DNA of 64,000 nt, taken from contig NC_043012.1 of the NCBI RefSeq assembly GCF_006345805.1, positions 38,998,001-39,062,000 on the forward strand, read 5' to 3'. Origin of the DNA: Octopus sinensis. Lineage: Eukaryota. The position numbers and the translations under genes are program-made. Within the stretch, counting starts at the first letter, position 1, and each line of letters starts with the position of its first letter. The notes beneath the pieces were generated by a model. The model ran no database searches. It was not told the DNA's origin and saw only the letters and a list, made by a program, of their open reading frames with translations. This document shows, piece after piece, positions 50,415 through 62,954 of the stretch.

Positions 50415-53260
50415 CTCGACCAACACTTCAACGCCAAACACGAAGGATGTGCTGTCAGAGCTAGGATGCGTGCTCTAAGGAACGAAGGTGTTGGAGCCGC
50501 GAGAGAGGCCCGGGTGGCAGAGGCGCAACAGGGCAACAAAGCCACCATTCGGTCACTGGTAGATGAACAGGGGCGCGAATTGCTCGAGCCAAGTAAAATG
50601 TGTGAGGCCTTTCAGCAGCATTTTGCCCGACTGTTCGGAACGAGTGGAGGGCAAGAACGTAGGGTGGACTTCAGTGCCTACCTACATAGCCTACCACGAC
50701 TCTCGACAAGAAAGGCAGGGTGCTGCGAAGGTGCCATCACGGCGGCGGAAGTGCGGGAAGCGATGGCAGAATGCTCGAGGGACAAATCACCGGGTTTGGA
50801 TGGTCTACCCTACGAGCTTTACAATTGTATGCCAGACTTGTTTGGAGATCTCTTGGCGGCGGTGTACTGCAACTGGCAGCAAAACGGGAGCATTCCTGGT
50901 TTTGTGAGCCGAGGAGCCGTAACACTGCTGAAGAAAGATCTAAACAAGGGAAATGTAATAGATAACTTTAGGCCCATCACTCTGCTTAATGCAGACTTGA
51001 AAATTTTGGCCAAGGTGCTAGCCAAGAGGTTGGCGCTTGTCATCGAGAAACTGGTCGACAAGGCGCAAACATGCGCCGTGCCAGGCCGGACCATCCATGA
51101 CAACCTCCATCTGATGCGCTACATCATAGACAGGGTAGTTAACGAACCTGGCATGGGTGGGGCCCTGATCAACTTGGATCAATCGAAAGCCTTTGATAGG
51201 GTAGACCATCGATACTTGGAGGCAGTCCTGAGAGCGGCTGGTTTCGGTCCCGTCTTCCGCGGCTGGATAGCTGCCTTGTACAGAGGCATCCGTTCGGTAA
51301 TTCGCGTAAATGGACATCTATCGAGACCTTTCGACATTGCACGTTCGGTCCGTCAGGGATGCCCCCTCTCGGCGCTTCTATACGTATTGACTCTTGAGCC
51401 ACTACTGCGGAAGCTGGCGACTCTAAGGGGCATCCCGCGAGAATTGGGATGCGGGACGAGCGTGTCTGCATACGCGGACGACGTCACCGTCATAGTGTCT
51501 AGCCACGAGCACATCGAGCTGGTCGGCGAGACACTGAAAAACTACGAAGCGGTGACAGGAGCGAAAATCAACCGGGAAAAGTCAGTGGGCTTGCGACTAG
51601 GCACCTGGAGAAGCAAGCCCATGCCGTCCACCAGCGCCTCCGTCGTGGGACGCTGGACCGACGGCCCGGTTGAGTTGCTCGGGGTCTGGTTCGGTCCGGA
51701 CCTCCAAGTGGAGAAGAACTGGAACGAGATAACGAGTAGGGTGGTCACTCTCGCCCGGCAATGGGCCGAGAGGAAACTGTCCCTAAAAGGTCGAGCGGAG
51801 GTGGCGAACACGTACATCGCGTCCGTCATCTACTACCGCCTGACCGTCGTACCTTGTCCCGACCCTACCATCACCAAACTACAACGCATCCTCTTTCGCT
51901 TCTTGTGGAAAGGATGCGTCCCGATGGTCAGGCGATCCATTTGCTGTCAACACCCGTTAAAAGGAGGGCTGGGCATGCCGTGGTTGATGATGCGCAGACG
52001 CGCGCTGAGACTGCGACATCTCTGGCTCTATGTAGACGACGGTGAACAGGTGTGGTCGCCGTTTGTGAGGCACGCTTTCCCGCAGCTCGTCTCCATGACC
52101 GAACTGCAGTCGTGGATCAAAAAGAGGCCGAGGAAGGGCGAATGGCACCGCGAGTGTCGCGTTGCTCTCAAGCAACTCTGCCGTCCTGGGTCGACCTTGA
52201 GTGACTTCAACACAACCAAAGCATTCTATAGGGGTTTAGTGGAGGGGAGGTACGACGACGAGCTCGGGGCGAACCTGGACGTCGACGAGGAGTACCTGAC
52301 CCGCCTGTTCGGGACGACTTTCGGGCCAGGGCCCATGGACAACTTCCAGAGATCCCTGGCCTGGCAGTGCTACCGAGAAGCGCTACCCGTTCGGGATAAG
52401 CTCTACAGACACGGCTCGAGAAACACGGGGCCGACCTGCCCGAGATGCGGTCAGAGCGACGAAACCGTTCTGCACGCACTCGTTCAGTGTCCAACAATTT
52501 CCGACCTGTGGGCTTATGTCGAACAACTGCTGTCACGTGTGGGACGAGTCGGTTTATCAGCTGAGTCTATCGTCAATATTGTCACGCCTCCTTCCTTCAA
52601 ACGGGAAGGAAGAGCTATTTTCATCATCCTTGTGGCTATGGCGAAAGAATGTATCTGGTGGACGCGTCTGAAAGGATTGGAGACAAACACTTTCCTCTCT
52701 GGTCAATCTCTCATCAACTTCTTCAAGTACCACTTGAAAAGGAAAGTGAGAGTAGAGAGGCAAGTTTTGTTTAGCGAATGTTTTAAAAAAAAGATGGGTG
52801 AATGTAGCAAGAATGGCACGTATGAATGACGAAGCCACCTTGAGCATAGTCCTATGAACCCAGAAATCGAAAACAGAGAGTTGCTTATTTGCAAAAAAAA
52901 AAAAAGAAATATAAAATGTGACTTCATTGACCGAGGTTACCGTGGTCTTTTCCGTAGGCTTTTCTTTCCACGGGTAAACCTCACCTGTCCTCCCCTTTAC
53001 ACTTCATATTGACATTTCTGTGATAACGATCCCTATTGATCAATTTTTTTTTCCTCTCCCCCTTTTTTTTTTTTTTTTTTTTTTTATTTTACCCCCTTCC
53101 TTTTTTTTGTCCTCTTTCTCTCCTTTTACGATCCCTTTTGATCGAAACTCCCCCTTCCTTCTTTTTTTTTTTTTTTTTTTTTTTTCAAACCTTCAAAAGA
53201 AAAGCTCTACCTTGTAATTTGTTCTATCTGTGTGCAGCCCTGTGTGGCTAATAAAGAACA
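50415..53260 (+). mobile_element. Tx1/L1-clade non-LTR retrotransposon, 5'-truncated, young copy with 14-bp TSD
   Basis: ORF2 is open from the 5' junction; pyrimidine-rich 3' UTR; AATAAA at 53250-55; TSD TATCTATCCATCTA at 50401-50414 and 53261-53274. Confidence 0.93.
50466..52829 (+). CDS. LINE ORF2 (reverse transcriptase plus C-terminal CCHC zinc knuckle; endonuclease lost by 5' truncation)
   Basis: Motifs KSPGLDGLPYE, NFRPITLLNADLKILAK, LDQSKAFDRVDH, SVRQGCPLS, YADD and CPRCGQSDETVLHALVQC. The frame continues upstream to 50415 (LDQHFNAKHEGCAVRAR), so the Met at 50466 is not a true start. Confidence 0.93.
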   Translation: MRALRNEGVGAAREARVAEAQQGNKATIRSLVDEQGRELLEPSKMCEAFQQHFARLFGTSGGQERRVDFSAYLHSLPRLSTRKAGCCEGAITAAEVREAMAECSRDKSPGLDGLPYELYNCMPDLFGDLLAAVYCNWQQNGSIPGFVSRGAVTLLKKDLNKGNVIDNFRPITLLNADLKILAKVLAKRLALVIEKLVDKAQTCAVPGRTIHDNLHLMRYIIDRVVNEPGMGGALINLDQSKAFDRVDHRYLEAVLRAAGFGPVFRGWIAALYRGIRSVIRVNGHLSRPFDIARSVRQGCPLSALLYVLTLEPLLRKLATLRGIPRELGCGTSVSAYADDVTVIVSSHEHIELVGETLKNYEAVTGAKINREKSVGLRLGTWRSKPMPSTSASVVGRWTDGPVELLGVWFGPDLQVEKNWNEITSRVVTLARQWAERKLSLKGRAEVANTYIASVIYYRLTVVPCPDPTITKLQRILFRFLWKGCVPMVRRSICCQHPLKGGLGMPWLMMRRRALRLRHLWLYVDDGEQVWSPFVRHAFPQLVSMTELQSWIKKRPRKGEWHRECRVALKQLCRPGSTLSDFNTTKAFYRGLVEGRYDDELGANLDVDEEYLTRLFGTTFGPGPMDNFQRSLAWQCYREALPVRDKLYRHGSRNTGPTCPRCGQSDETVLHALVQCPTISDLWAYVEQLLSRVGRVGLSAESIVNIVTPPSFKREGRAIFIILVAMAKECIWWTRLKGLETNTFLSGQSLINFFKYHLKRKVRVERQVLFSECFKKKMGECSKNGTYE

Positions 53261-53278
53261 TATCTATCCATCTATCCG

Positions 53279-53344
<66 letters not shown>

Positions 53345-53364
53345 CATATATCTATCTATCTATC

Positions 53365-53402
<38 letters not shown>

Positions 53403-53408
53403 ATATAC
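53261..53408. repeat. (ATCT)n then (TA)n microsatellite, 3' flank of the Tx1 LINE
   Basis: Direct inspection. Confidence 0.95.
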
Positions 53409-54267
53409 ATGGATGGAGGTGGAAATAGCACACAATTAAGTCTAAGATATTTCAGTTTTGATGTATTTCATCTTATCAAATAGTAAAAATTTATTTAAAA
53501 ATTTGAAAGATTTTCAGGAAAAACAGTTTCTTGATAGTCCAGAACACGTCTGAAGATTTTTTGTTGAAGTCTTCTTTAAATGTAATTTGTTATTGAGTTC
53601 AAAGTGTTGAAGAGTGAGAGAAGGGGTGTCTATTGACTATGAGACATGCGTGTGTGTTCCTGTCAAGGGAGTGGCTAAAAAGTATTTATTGAGTGAGTTT
53701 TATGTCCAACTGTGTACCTGTGTGTGTGTGTGTGTATGTTTGTGTGTGTGTATGTGTGTGTGTGTGTTTGTATTGTGCTGAATGCCCTTTCAATATGTAT
53801 TGAAAAATGACCAGCTGTGAGTTGATGGGTGAGTATGCTGTGAAGAATTTCTCTTTTTGAAAAAAGAATTAGGATTTTTCTTTGTGTTAGATGTATTCTT
53901 TTGAGTGTCTCAACCTGTGTGCATGTGTGTAGTCACCAGCTGCGTGTATATGTTTTCGTGAGGTTTTCTTTTTTGTGTATGTGTGTGTTTATGTGTGTCA
54001 TTGTGTGCGTGTGTGTAGAGCTATTTGTGTGTGTGTGTGTGCAGAGCTATTTGTGTGCGTGTGTTTTTGCGATGTCTTCTTTTTTGTGTATTTCTTGCAT
54101 TTTCTTACTCTGAAAAAATTACCTGTTAAAAAATTCTATATTTTGTGCAGCTGAAGATAGCACTGCCTTTAAATTAATGTAATGATTGCATTGTTCAAAT
54201 AAATGGAATCGCTTGAAACGGTCGTACTGCATTACAACTTGATATTCTGATGTTGCTTATTTTAAGC

Positions 54268-54304
<37 letters not shown>

Positions 54305-54561
54305 ATATGTATATATATCTATGTGCTCTCGTGGGTGTGTGTGTACAATACACATTGAGGATCAACGAAAGGTGGATATTTTCAAGAAAACCGGGCAGGA
54401 CTTGAACTCAGAAAGTGGACGAACGTATCTTCAGTATAAGTGTGTGTGTATGTGTGCGCATGCGCTTGTTTGTTTTGCTCGAAGTTCTGTGGACGCAGGC
54501 TGCATCCGTCTATTACATAAGAAATAGTGTATCACGTGTTGTAGTAATTAATGGGCACGGG

Positions 54562-54732
54562 TATGATGATGATGATGATGATGAGGAGGAGGAGGAGGAG
54601 GATGACGACGACGAGGAGGAGGAGGACGAGGATGATGACGACGACGATGATGATGATGATGATGATGATGATTGATGATGATGGTGTCGATGACATTCAT
54701 CAACATTATCTGCATCATCATCATCATCATTA
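54562..54732. repeat. (GAT)/(GAG)/(GAC)/(CAT) trinucleotide tract
   Basis: Direct inspection; explains the poly-Asp/Glu/His ORFs. Confidence 0.95.
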
Positions 54733-55243
54733 ACACATTTTCCTCTGTTTGGGATTGGTATTTGTAACTATTTTGGTTCCACCAAAACACATTTTTAATC
54801 CGGAAGTAGATAATTGATATGAGCGCTGTCGTATTTGCAAAACACCCAGTAATCCAGGAAAATAAATGGAGTAATTTTGTCATGCATTTCAACTGTTGAA
54901 GGGGTGGGGGTCTGATTAAAGGAAGTTGTGAGAATGGCGATACAAAAAACGGATACAAATTCATCTGGAGTGAGTGAGGCTATAGATAAGAATGATGCAA
55001 TGTGCGGGGAGGTAAGAAAGGTAGAGATATAGAGAAAGTTGGAGGCGGTAAAGGGGTGATCGAGTGAGAGGTAATGAGAATAGTAAGTGGCTGAAAAGAG
55101 AAAATACTTAAGGAAAATAGTTTGGGTAGGAGGGATACGAGGAGAGGGTAGAGGAAGAGAAAGAGAAAAAGAGAGCGAGAGAAGTTGAGAAAGTGGAGTA
55201 CAATATATATATGTATATATGTATGTATATATATATATATATA

Positions 55244-56168
55244 TTAAGGTATGTAGAAAAATACAACATGGACAAGAACGTATAACTCAAGAAGACGATA
55301 CAATAAACACGGACAGGACATTCGAAACCCTCAGTCTTCAGTCAAGAACCGGATCATCGTAGTAATTTCGGCTGATTAATCTTGAGATTACTAGATCACG
55401 GCCAGCCCTCCAAGAAAAACTAAGCAACGAGCATTAGAAAAACTAAGCTGGGAGCGTAGATTTCCTGGAAGAAGGATCGAATGCATACGGACACCAGGAC
55501 AGCAAAAGGGACGAATATAAAAAAACAAAAAAATAATGGAATACAGAAGCATTAACGGTGAAAACAACAACAAGTGTCTTACGACTGATAACAAGCAAAC
55601 AAATTTTTTTCTCTGGCGCAAGGAAAGGAGCCTTATCGGCGATGCCTATAGCGGCGGACGAAAAACACGATGTTAACACGACGCTGGTCAGAAGCTGAAG
55701 GCAGATTTCGGCCAGCATCACGTGACAGAGAAGAGAGAAAAGAAAAGAGAGAAGCAACGGAAGAGAGAGAGAGAGGAGGGACAAACGCAACAAAGAGAGA
55801 GAAGAGAGAAAGAAGGAATCAGAGAGGAGAAGGGATGGGTGTCGAAGCGACCTGTGAGTGCAGAGCGAGACAAAGAAATAGGAGGGTAGTGGAAGATTAG
55901 ACCAAAGAATCAGAAGAAAGAGAAAGAAAAAGAGGATGAGTAGAGAGAGAAGGGGACAGATCAAGTAAAAGTGAGAGAGAGAGAGAGACAAACAAAGAGT
56001 CGTACCAGTTATTAAGAATATGTGCTCACATTAATGTTAAGAGGGTACGTGGCGCCTGGAATATATGTTAAGGTATGTAGAAAAATACAACATGGACAAG
56101 AACGTATAACTCAAGAAGACGATACAATAAACACGGACAGGACATTCGAAACCCTCAGTCTTCAGTCA
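55244..56168. mobile_element. Partial-tandem element: 824-bp unit with identical 101-bp terminal direct repeats
   Basis: 55244-55344 is identical to 56068-56168; (TA)-rich flanks; related copy at 10790-10975. Confidence 0.8.
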
Positions 56169-56230
56169 TATACATATATGTTGTGTGTGTAGCTGTGTGT
56201 GTGCGTGTGTGTGTATGTGTGTATATAAAA

Positions 56231-56269
<39 letters not shown>

Positions 56270-56960
56270 AAGAAGGAAAGAAAGAAAGAAAGGCTGCTGT
56301 AGGAAAGGGACCGGTTGATAAATCGCTCTGCAGGTTATCGAGTGCATTTACTGCGTTGAACCTTTATTTACCAATAACCTTTTGTCACGTGACGGTTCTT
56401 AATTCTGTTCTGCCATTCTAACAAAATGAGCATTAATTAAGCAGAATTCCTGTTTCTGCTAGTAGAGACTTGATGGTGCCACTAAATGTAAGCTAGTGAA
56501 CCAGCTAGAAATACCAGCCAAACGTTTATGAAATCAGAGGGTTCAAGTGTATCTGGTGAAGTGACATGTTAGATAATAAAGTATATTTTTGTTAAATATT
56601 CGATATTCACGGCTGTGGTAATTTGAACCTATTTTATGTTTAAAGGGTCAATTTGGGGCTAAAAGACAACAAATCTGGCCATTAACACGAGTACAACACA
56701 ATGACAACTCTGCAACTATAACACCAACAACAACAAGATCAGACCAACACTGTCATCACAAAAACAACAACAGCAGCAACAACAACATACTATTCCATCA
56801 CTATTTCCATTAACAGCAGATATGTGTTGAATAACGATAACACAATAACATCAACGACCCAAATAACAATCACAACAACGCCAATAATACAACAACAAGA
56901 AAGAGTAAATCAGCGGAAAGAATAGACTAATTGTAAGAGATGCCATCTCTGCTCTTATAT

Positions 56961-57142
56961 ATATTAGAAGGTTCGGAGATGATGTACAGGTATTTTATAT
57001 TAGAAGAAATGAGGTACTCAGAAATTCGGATGGTTTTATATTTACAGATATTTATTTGTACATTACATGTTTTTATATATCATATATCATATATCATATA
57101 TTAGCGCTTTCGTCCATTCTGGTGGAGTTTTTAATTTGAATT
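56961..57142 (-). mobile_element. Interspersed repeat family H5, second copy
   Basis: Homologous to 37011-37190; minus strand CTCC-ACCAGAAT-GGAC-GAAA-GCGC-TA. Confidence 0.75.
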
Positions 57143-57253
57143 AAGTTCTTGGGGAAAATTTGACCATTTTTATAGTGTTATTGAGTGTATAGTGGTGGGG
57201 AGGGATATAAGATAGTACAAGAGGGTAATGAATGGGAAGAAAGTGAGAGATAG

Positions 57254-57290
<37 letters not shown>

Positions 57291-57681
57291 CTATCTGGAA
57301 GAGGTGTTAAAGGTAGAATTTTGAAAATGAACACACGAGTTGACATGTATGAGGAAAATAAGACAAGGTAGACAATGCTGAAATAATTTTATGATGAAAC
57401 TGCATGATAAAATTATTTTAGCATTTTCTGCCTTGCCTTATTTTCCTCACACACACACACAACACACACACACACACATATTTTATTATGATACAATATT
57501 TTACTATAAAATTGGATTCAATTTTAATCTGATTTTTCCTTGTAAATTTGGATTTATTCCCTAATATTTATTATTATATATATATATATATATGTATATA
57601 GATGAATATATATATATGTATATATATATGTATGAATATATATATATATATGGAATAGTTGCTATGAAACATTGTGTAGAA

Positions 57682-57948
57682 TATATTGTATAAAAGATCG
57701 TGGGAAGGCCAGAAAAATGCGAAGTAAATGCAAAGTAAATTACAAGAAAACAAATTTATGAACTAATGTAGACTTACCTTACTTTCAATTTCGGGGTTAT
57801 GACCCCACTTTCTAGAAAATGGGGTCATAACCCCGGAATATTGGATACAAGGTAAGTCTACATTAATTCATAAATTTCTTTTCTTGCGATTTGCCTGGCA
57901 TTTGCTTCACATAGTTCTGGCCTTACTCACAATCGTTTATACAATATA
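57682..57948. mobile_element. Foldback (fully palindromic) MITE, ~270 bp
   Basis: Nested inverted segments centred on TTCTAGAA (57809-16): GGGGTTATGACCCCA/TGGGGTCATAACCCC, AATGTAGACTTACCTT/AAGGTAAGTCTACATT, AAGGCCAGAA/TTCTGGCCTT, ATTGTATAAA/TTTATACAAT; TA context. Confidence 0.85.
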
Positions 57949-57984
57949 TATATGTATATCCTTTTATTCCTTTATTTTTAATAT

Positions 57985-58181
57985 AGTCATTTGACTGGGG
58001 CCATACTGGAGCACCGCCTTATGTGGAAGAAATCGCCCCCAAGACTTATTCTTTGTAAGCCCGATATTTATTCTATCGGTACTTTTGTTAACCGGCAAGT
58101 TACAGAGACGTAAACACACCATCATCGGTCGTCAAGAGATAGTGGCGATGGAGGGACAATCACAGTCACAAAAAAATATTC

Positions 58182-58248
<67 letters not shown>

Positions 58249-58405
58249 GACAGGATTCTTTCAGTATCTGTCTACCAAATTCACTCACAAGGCTTTTGTC
58301 GGCCCGAGGCTGTAGTAGAAGACACTTGTCTGAGGCGCCACGCAGTGGGATTGAACGCGAGACCATGTAGTTGGTAAGCAATCTACTTGCCACACAAGCA
58401 CGCCT
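57985..58405 (-). mobile_element. SINE family B, full length with internal (TA)n
   Basis: Homologous to 46731-47090. Confidence 0.9.
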
Positions 58406-58414
58406 ATATAAATA

Positions 58415-58459
<45 letters not shown>

Positions 58460-58590
58460 CGATATATAACGATATATGTGTGTGTGTATGTCTGTGTATG
58501 TGTCTGTGTGTGTATGTCTGTGTATGTGTCTGTGTGTGTATGTGTTGCAACAGATGAATTTCGAAGAAAACTATGGAATAGAGCACTCTG

Positions 58591-58800
58591 TTCTACTCTA
58601 GGCATAAGGCCCGAAATTTTGGGGGAGATGGCCAGTCGATTAGATCGACCAGAGTACGCAACTGATACTTAATTTATCGACCCCTAAAGGATGAAAGGCA
58701 AAGTCGACCTCGGTGGAGAGTGAACTCAGAACGTAAAGACAGACGAAATATTGCTAAGCATTTCGACCGGTGCATTAAAGTTTCTGCCAGATCGCCGCCT
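58591..58800 (-). mobile_element. SINE family A, monomer
   Basis: AAAGGATGAAAGGCAAAGTCGACCTCGG...GAACTCAGAACGTAAAGACAGACGAAAT...TTCTGCCAGATCGCCGCC. Confidence 0.9.
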
Positions 58801-60394
58801 TTATAGAGCAGAAAATGATAAAGAAAGACAATTTTGTCAACTTTTACATTATCGCATTGATTCGGGAAATTTGTTTCTCTTTGAATATTGGAAGAGGTGG
58901 AATAAGACGAACTCATCATTTGCTGCAATTTCACTCAATCCGTGACTGAAATCGTTTAGCTTTACACAGTTTATATCTGCATAAGATATGGAACAAGAAG
59001 AGCAGGAAATACTTTTATAAGTCTGCTGGCTCAGTCAAAACTAGCCTTGGGCTAAACAACAAGAATCACGGCAGAAACAACAAAACTATTACAACTTCAT
59101 CAACGCAGTAGAATCGCCTAATTCTATATTTAAAAACATGACCAGAGTTCACTGTAGTAATTTATTAAACATCGGTGACAACCAATGTGGGAGAACAGTC
59201 GGCACGAATTTCATTATTAAAGTTAAACAATGGAACGAAGACTAGCAAAATGAACATATTGGAAGGTGGAGGGGAAGAAAGAAGGAAGATTAGAGGAGAA
59301 ATGAAGCGGGAAGATAAACAGGATGCAATGAGAGTGTGGAAAGAGAAATAGGAGGAAGTTTCCTCATTGGAGCCCTCAAGGAATGTATGCTCTAAAGAAT
59401 ATCCTTGATTCTATATTTACCTACTGAATATTTTAATGAACATTTGCTCGGTCTTCTGGATTTATTTAATTGGAAAGAATTGGAAAGAAAACCCACGCAT
59501 ATTTGCGTTACACAACAGAAATACAACTGAATCGACGCGTAATTTATTCTCTGAACCACCTTTAGTATTTTACTTCCGTTGAGGGATTTTTTTTACCTGA
59601 AATGTAAGGAACTAACAAATGTTTCCAGGAGAATATTTTGATATCTTCTCTTACTGTTATTGCTACTTTGATATCCAGAGATCGTTTAAAATTGTTGTGA
59701 CTTTCAAAATGCAGAAAGTTTTCCATATCTGTCTATTTAATTTATTTCTATTGATTGTGCGTCTTTCTCTCTGTCACTTTCTCTTTGTTTACATATACAC
59801 GCACACACATGTACACACACACACGGGCGTGAACACATACACACACACAAAGACACACATATGTGTATGTATGTTCGTATATATGCATATATGTATGTAT
59901 ATAGGGAGGTAGGTAGGTACGTACGTAGGTGCGTAGGTAGGTAGGCAGGCAAGAAGGCCTTTATGCGTTTGTTTGTGCGTGATTGTGTGTCTGTGTGTAT
60001 TTGTGTATGTTTTATGTTGATGTACGAGTGTGTTATAATGATTTTCAAGTGATTGCTTTATGGAACAAACCAAGGCGAGCCCTTTACGTTAATTGGAGTA
60101 AGTATATTTGTTCCAACAGAGTAGTTCATGAGATATATTCAACCGTAAGTTCAGATTTTATGCCAAGAGCTCAGTTAATAGCAAATTCCAGTCTACTCGC
60201 ACAGAATAGTGTGCAAAGAACTTTACTCGAAGACTAATATTGAATGAAATACTTATTTGAATTAATAAGACTATTGATGATATGGCCAACGTTCAGTAAT
60301 ATTTGTTATATATTAAAATATGATTCACTACTGTCAATATCTGGACTTTAGGCTTTATATTTTCTATACTCTTTTATTCGATTTCAATATGTAA

Positions 60395-60796
60395 GCATGG
60401 CTGGGTGGTAAGAAGCTTGCTTCCCAACCACATAGTTCCGGATTCAGTCCCACCTTAGGCATGTGTCTTCTACTATAACCTAGGGCCGAACAAAGCCATG
60501 TCAGTGAGTTTTTAAGACTGAAGCGGAGAGAAATCCATTGTATGTGTGTGTGTGTGTGTGTGAGTGTGTGTGTTTTCTATGTGTGTCTGTGTATGTGTTT
60601 GTTCCCTCATCCCCACGTGACAACCGCTGTGTTTTTCTGTCCCTGTAACGTAGAGGCTCAGCAAAAATACACCGATAGAATAAGTAATAGGCTTTAAAAA
60701 ACCCTGAGGTCGATTTGTTCGACTAAAACCCTTCAAGACAGCGCCCCAGTATGGCCACAGTGAAATGACTGAAACAAAGAAAAGAATAAAAGAGTA
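60395..60796 (+). mobile_element. SINE family B, full length
   Basis: Homologous to 46731-47090; AAAAGA-type tail. Confidence 0.88.
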
Positions 60797-61249
60797 TAAA
60801 GAATATAAATGATATTTAAAATAGCGACTATCAGCAAATCTGGTTTGCGACCATCGTTGAGTATCAATGTTGGAGTGACGTATATCCTGGGTCGGATGAG
60901 CAACATTTCAGCAATGCCGAAATATGAAGCTCACTCAATAAGATAATCCTCAATCACAATCGAAAATTAATATTTTCTCACTTTTATGCCAATAGATCAA
61001 TATCGTAGCTATTGTTCTTCGATACTACTCTTTATCGAACATCTTGCTTTGGGATTCTGATCGCTGGGTCTTCGGTGAGTGATAAATATAAAAATGAGAT
61101 TTTGCGATTTGTATCGATTTTCAATTGATTTTCTTTTGGTGTTTGCACATCTCTGAAAGTAATATAAACTTGTTTTGTAGCACTCCATGAAGACCCTGGT
61201 GAAAGAGGGTATTTTTTGCTCGCAGACTTATCAGTGTTGCCAGTAAAAT

Positions 61250-61400
61250 AAGATATATGTACGTTCCCGCATCCGCGACCCAAAGAATGGGTTGACATAT
61301 GATTATAGTCTGGAAGAGGGTCGACCAAGGAAGATATTTGGGCGAGGTTTTGGTGATGATTGAAGGTTCGTAAGATACATATGGTAGACAGTAGTATCGT
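61250..61400 (+). mobile_element. Possible RTE LINE C-terminal relic
   Basis: GGAAGAGGGTCGACCAAGGAAGA is a frameshifted GRGRPRK motif. Confidence 0.3.
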
Positions 61401-61699
61401 AAGGAAGACAAAAACAAAAAGACTCATTAAAAGTAAGAACTACAGCCTCAAATTACCAACAGAATGGAAAGCATCGCAGACTTTTACTCTAATATATGCT
61501 TAGGAAAAAAAAATAATTGTCCCATGAAGAATTAGAATGCTATTTTCAAATGTTTAAAAGAAGAATTGTCATTGCTTAAATTTGTGGCCGAAACTGGTGT
61601 CCCAGAAGACGAGACAGAGACGTGCCATCCGTTCCGTGTGTGATACGAAAAGGAAATTGCATGCAAAGTCTTCGTTGCTGAGAGCAGAGGTATAATGAG

Positions 61700-61960
61700 G
61701 AGGTTGGAGACAACAAACAGATGCTCAAGCATCTTAACTGTTCTTTCTGCGATGATCCTTTTGATAACGTCCTGTTAAGGAATACCGACGTGGAGCAATA
61801 TAATTAAAATCTTCACAGATTTAAGCGAACACATTAATCAGAACCAGTATTTGCAAGGTCAACAGAGAACAGCGCGGCTCATGTTCCCAGCCACAAGTCT
61901 CCACGCAGCCGCTGCTGATAACACTCATGAAGCTACTTGCTCTCCATTCGCAGTCATGGT
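61700..61960 (+). pseudogene. Possible hAT (Charlie/SPIN-like) transposase relic
   Basis: From 61809: IFTDLSEHINQNQYLQGQQRTARLMF resembles the F..D..eHLN.LN..LQG hAT motif. Confidence 0.35.
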
Positions 61961-62256
61961 TGATAGCTTCAGAGAGAAACAAGGAGCAGCAGGGCATCAC
62001 AGCTCCACGAATTCACGATAATTTATCACCTCTACAACACCAATTTCGCCTGTCGCTTACTACAGTTGAATGAAATTAATAATTTACGATATGAGATAAA
62101 TTTGGCACAATTTTGTTCAATAAATGATGTTTATGTAATAAATTCCTTGCTTGATGTCCGCAAGTGCAAACACGAAGTTTGAATTCCCAAACGTTGTGAA
62201 TTAAATTTTTAATTGACGCTATTTCATCAATAACCTTCTTTTTATGTATTGAGTAC

Positions 62257-62299
<43 letters not shown>

Positions 62300-62320
62300 T
62301 GTGTTTGTGTATGGATGGGT

Positions 62321-62660
62321 GCCGGCGTAGGGTGGCTCTGTAGTAAGAAGATTACTTCGCAACGACATCGCTCCGAGTTCCGTCACACTGTGTGGCAACT
62401 TCGGCGGACCGTCCCAAAACCTGTGAGTGGCGTTGATGGCAACTGAGAGCATCCCGTGTGTAAGTCTGTGTTTGTGTCTGTTTCTGATTTGTACTCCAGC
62501 CGCAGCTTGACAACCCATGCTGGTTTCTTTACCTCCCTGCAATCCAATGGTTCGGTAGGAGGGACGGAGATTAAGTTCCAAGCTTTAGGAAAAGGCACTG
62601 GGGGATAGATTTGTACGTCTAAACCTTCCAAGGAAGGGGGTGGCTGGAAGGCCGCAATGC
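62321..62660 (+). mobile_element. SINE family B, diverged
   Basis: GAGTTCCGTCACACTGTGTGGCAAC...GCTTGACAACCCATGCTGG...GATAGATTTGTACGTCTAAA. Confidence 0.65.
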
Positions 62661-62856
62661 AATAACTACAAAGACGTAAAAGAAAGAAATTATGTAAGCA
62701 TGATGCGTGTGTGCGGCTTTATATATATGTGTGTGCGTGTGTGTGCGTGTGTGTGTGTTTGTGTGTTTGTGTGTGTGTCTGTGTGGGCGTGTGTTTGTGC
62801 GTGCGTGTGTGTATACATGTATATATATAAATACACACACACACATATATATATAT

Positions 62857-62894
<38 letters not shown>

Positions 62895-62954
62895 CTATAT
62901 ATATATATATATATGTATAATATATATATTATATATATTATATATATACATATA

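Noticed and set aside
61032-61427. 131-aa minus-strand ORF
   Set aside because: No domain recognised; the opposite strand carries an RTE-like motif, so this is likely an antisense artefact.
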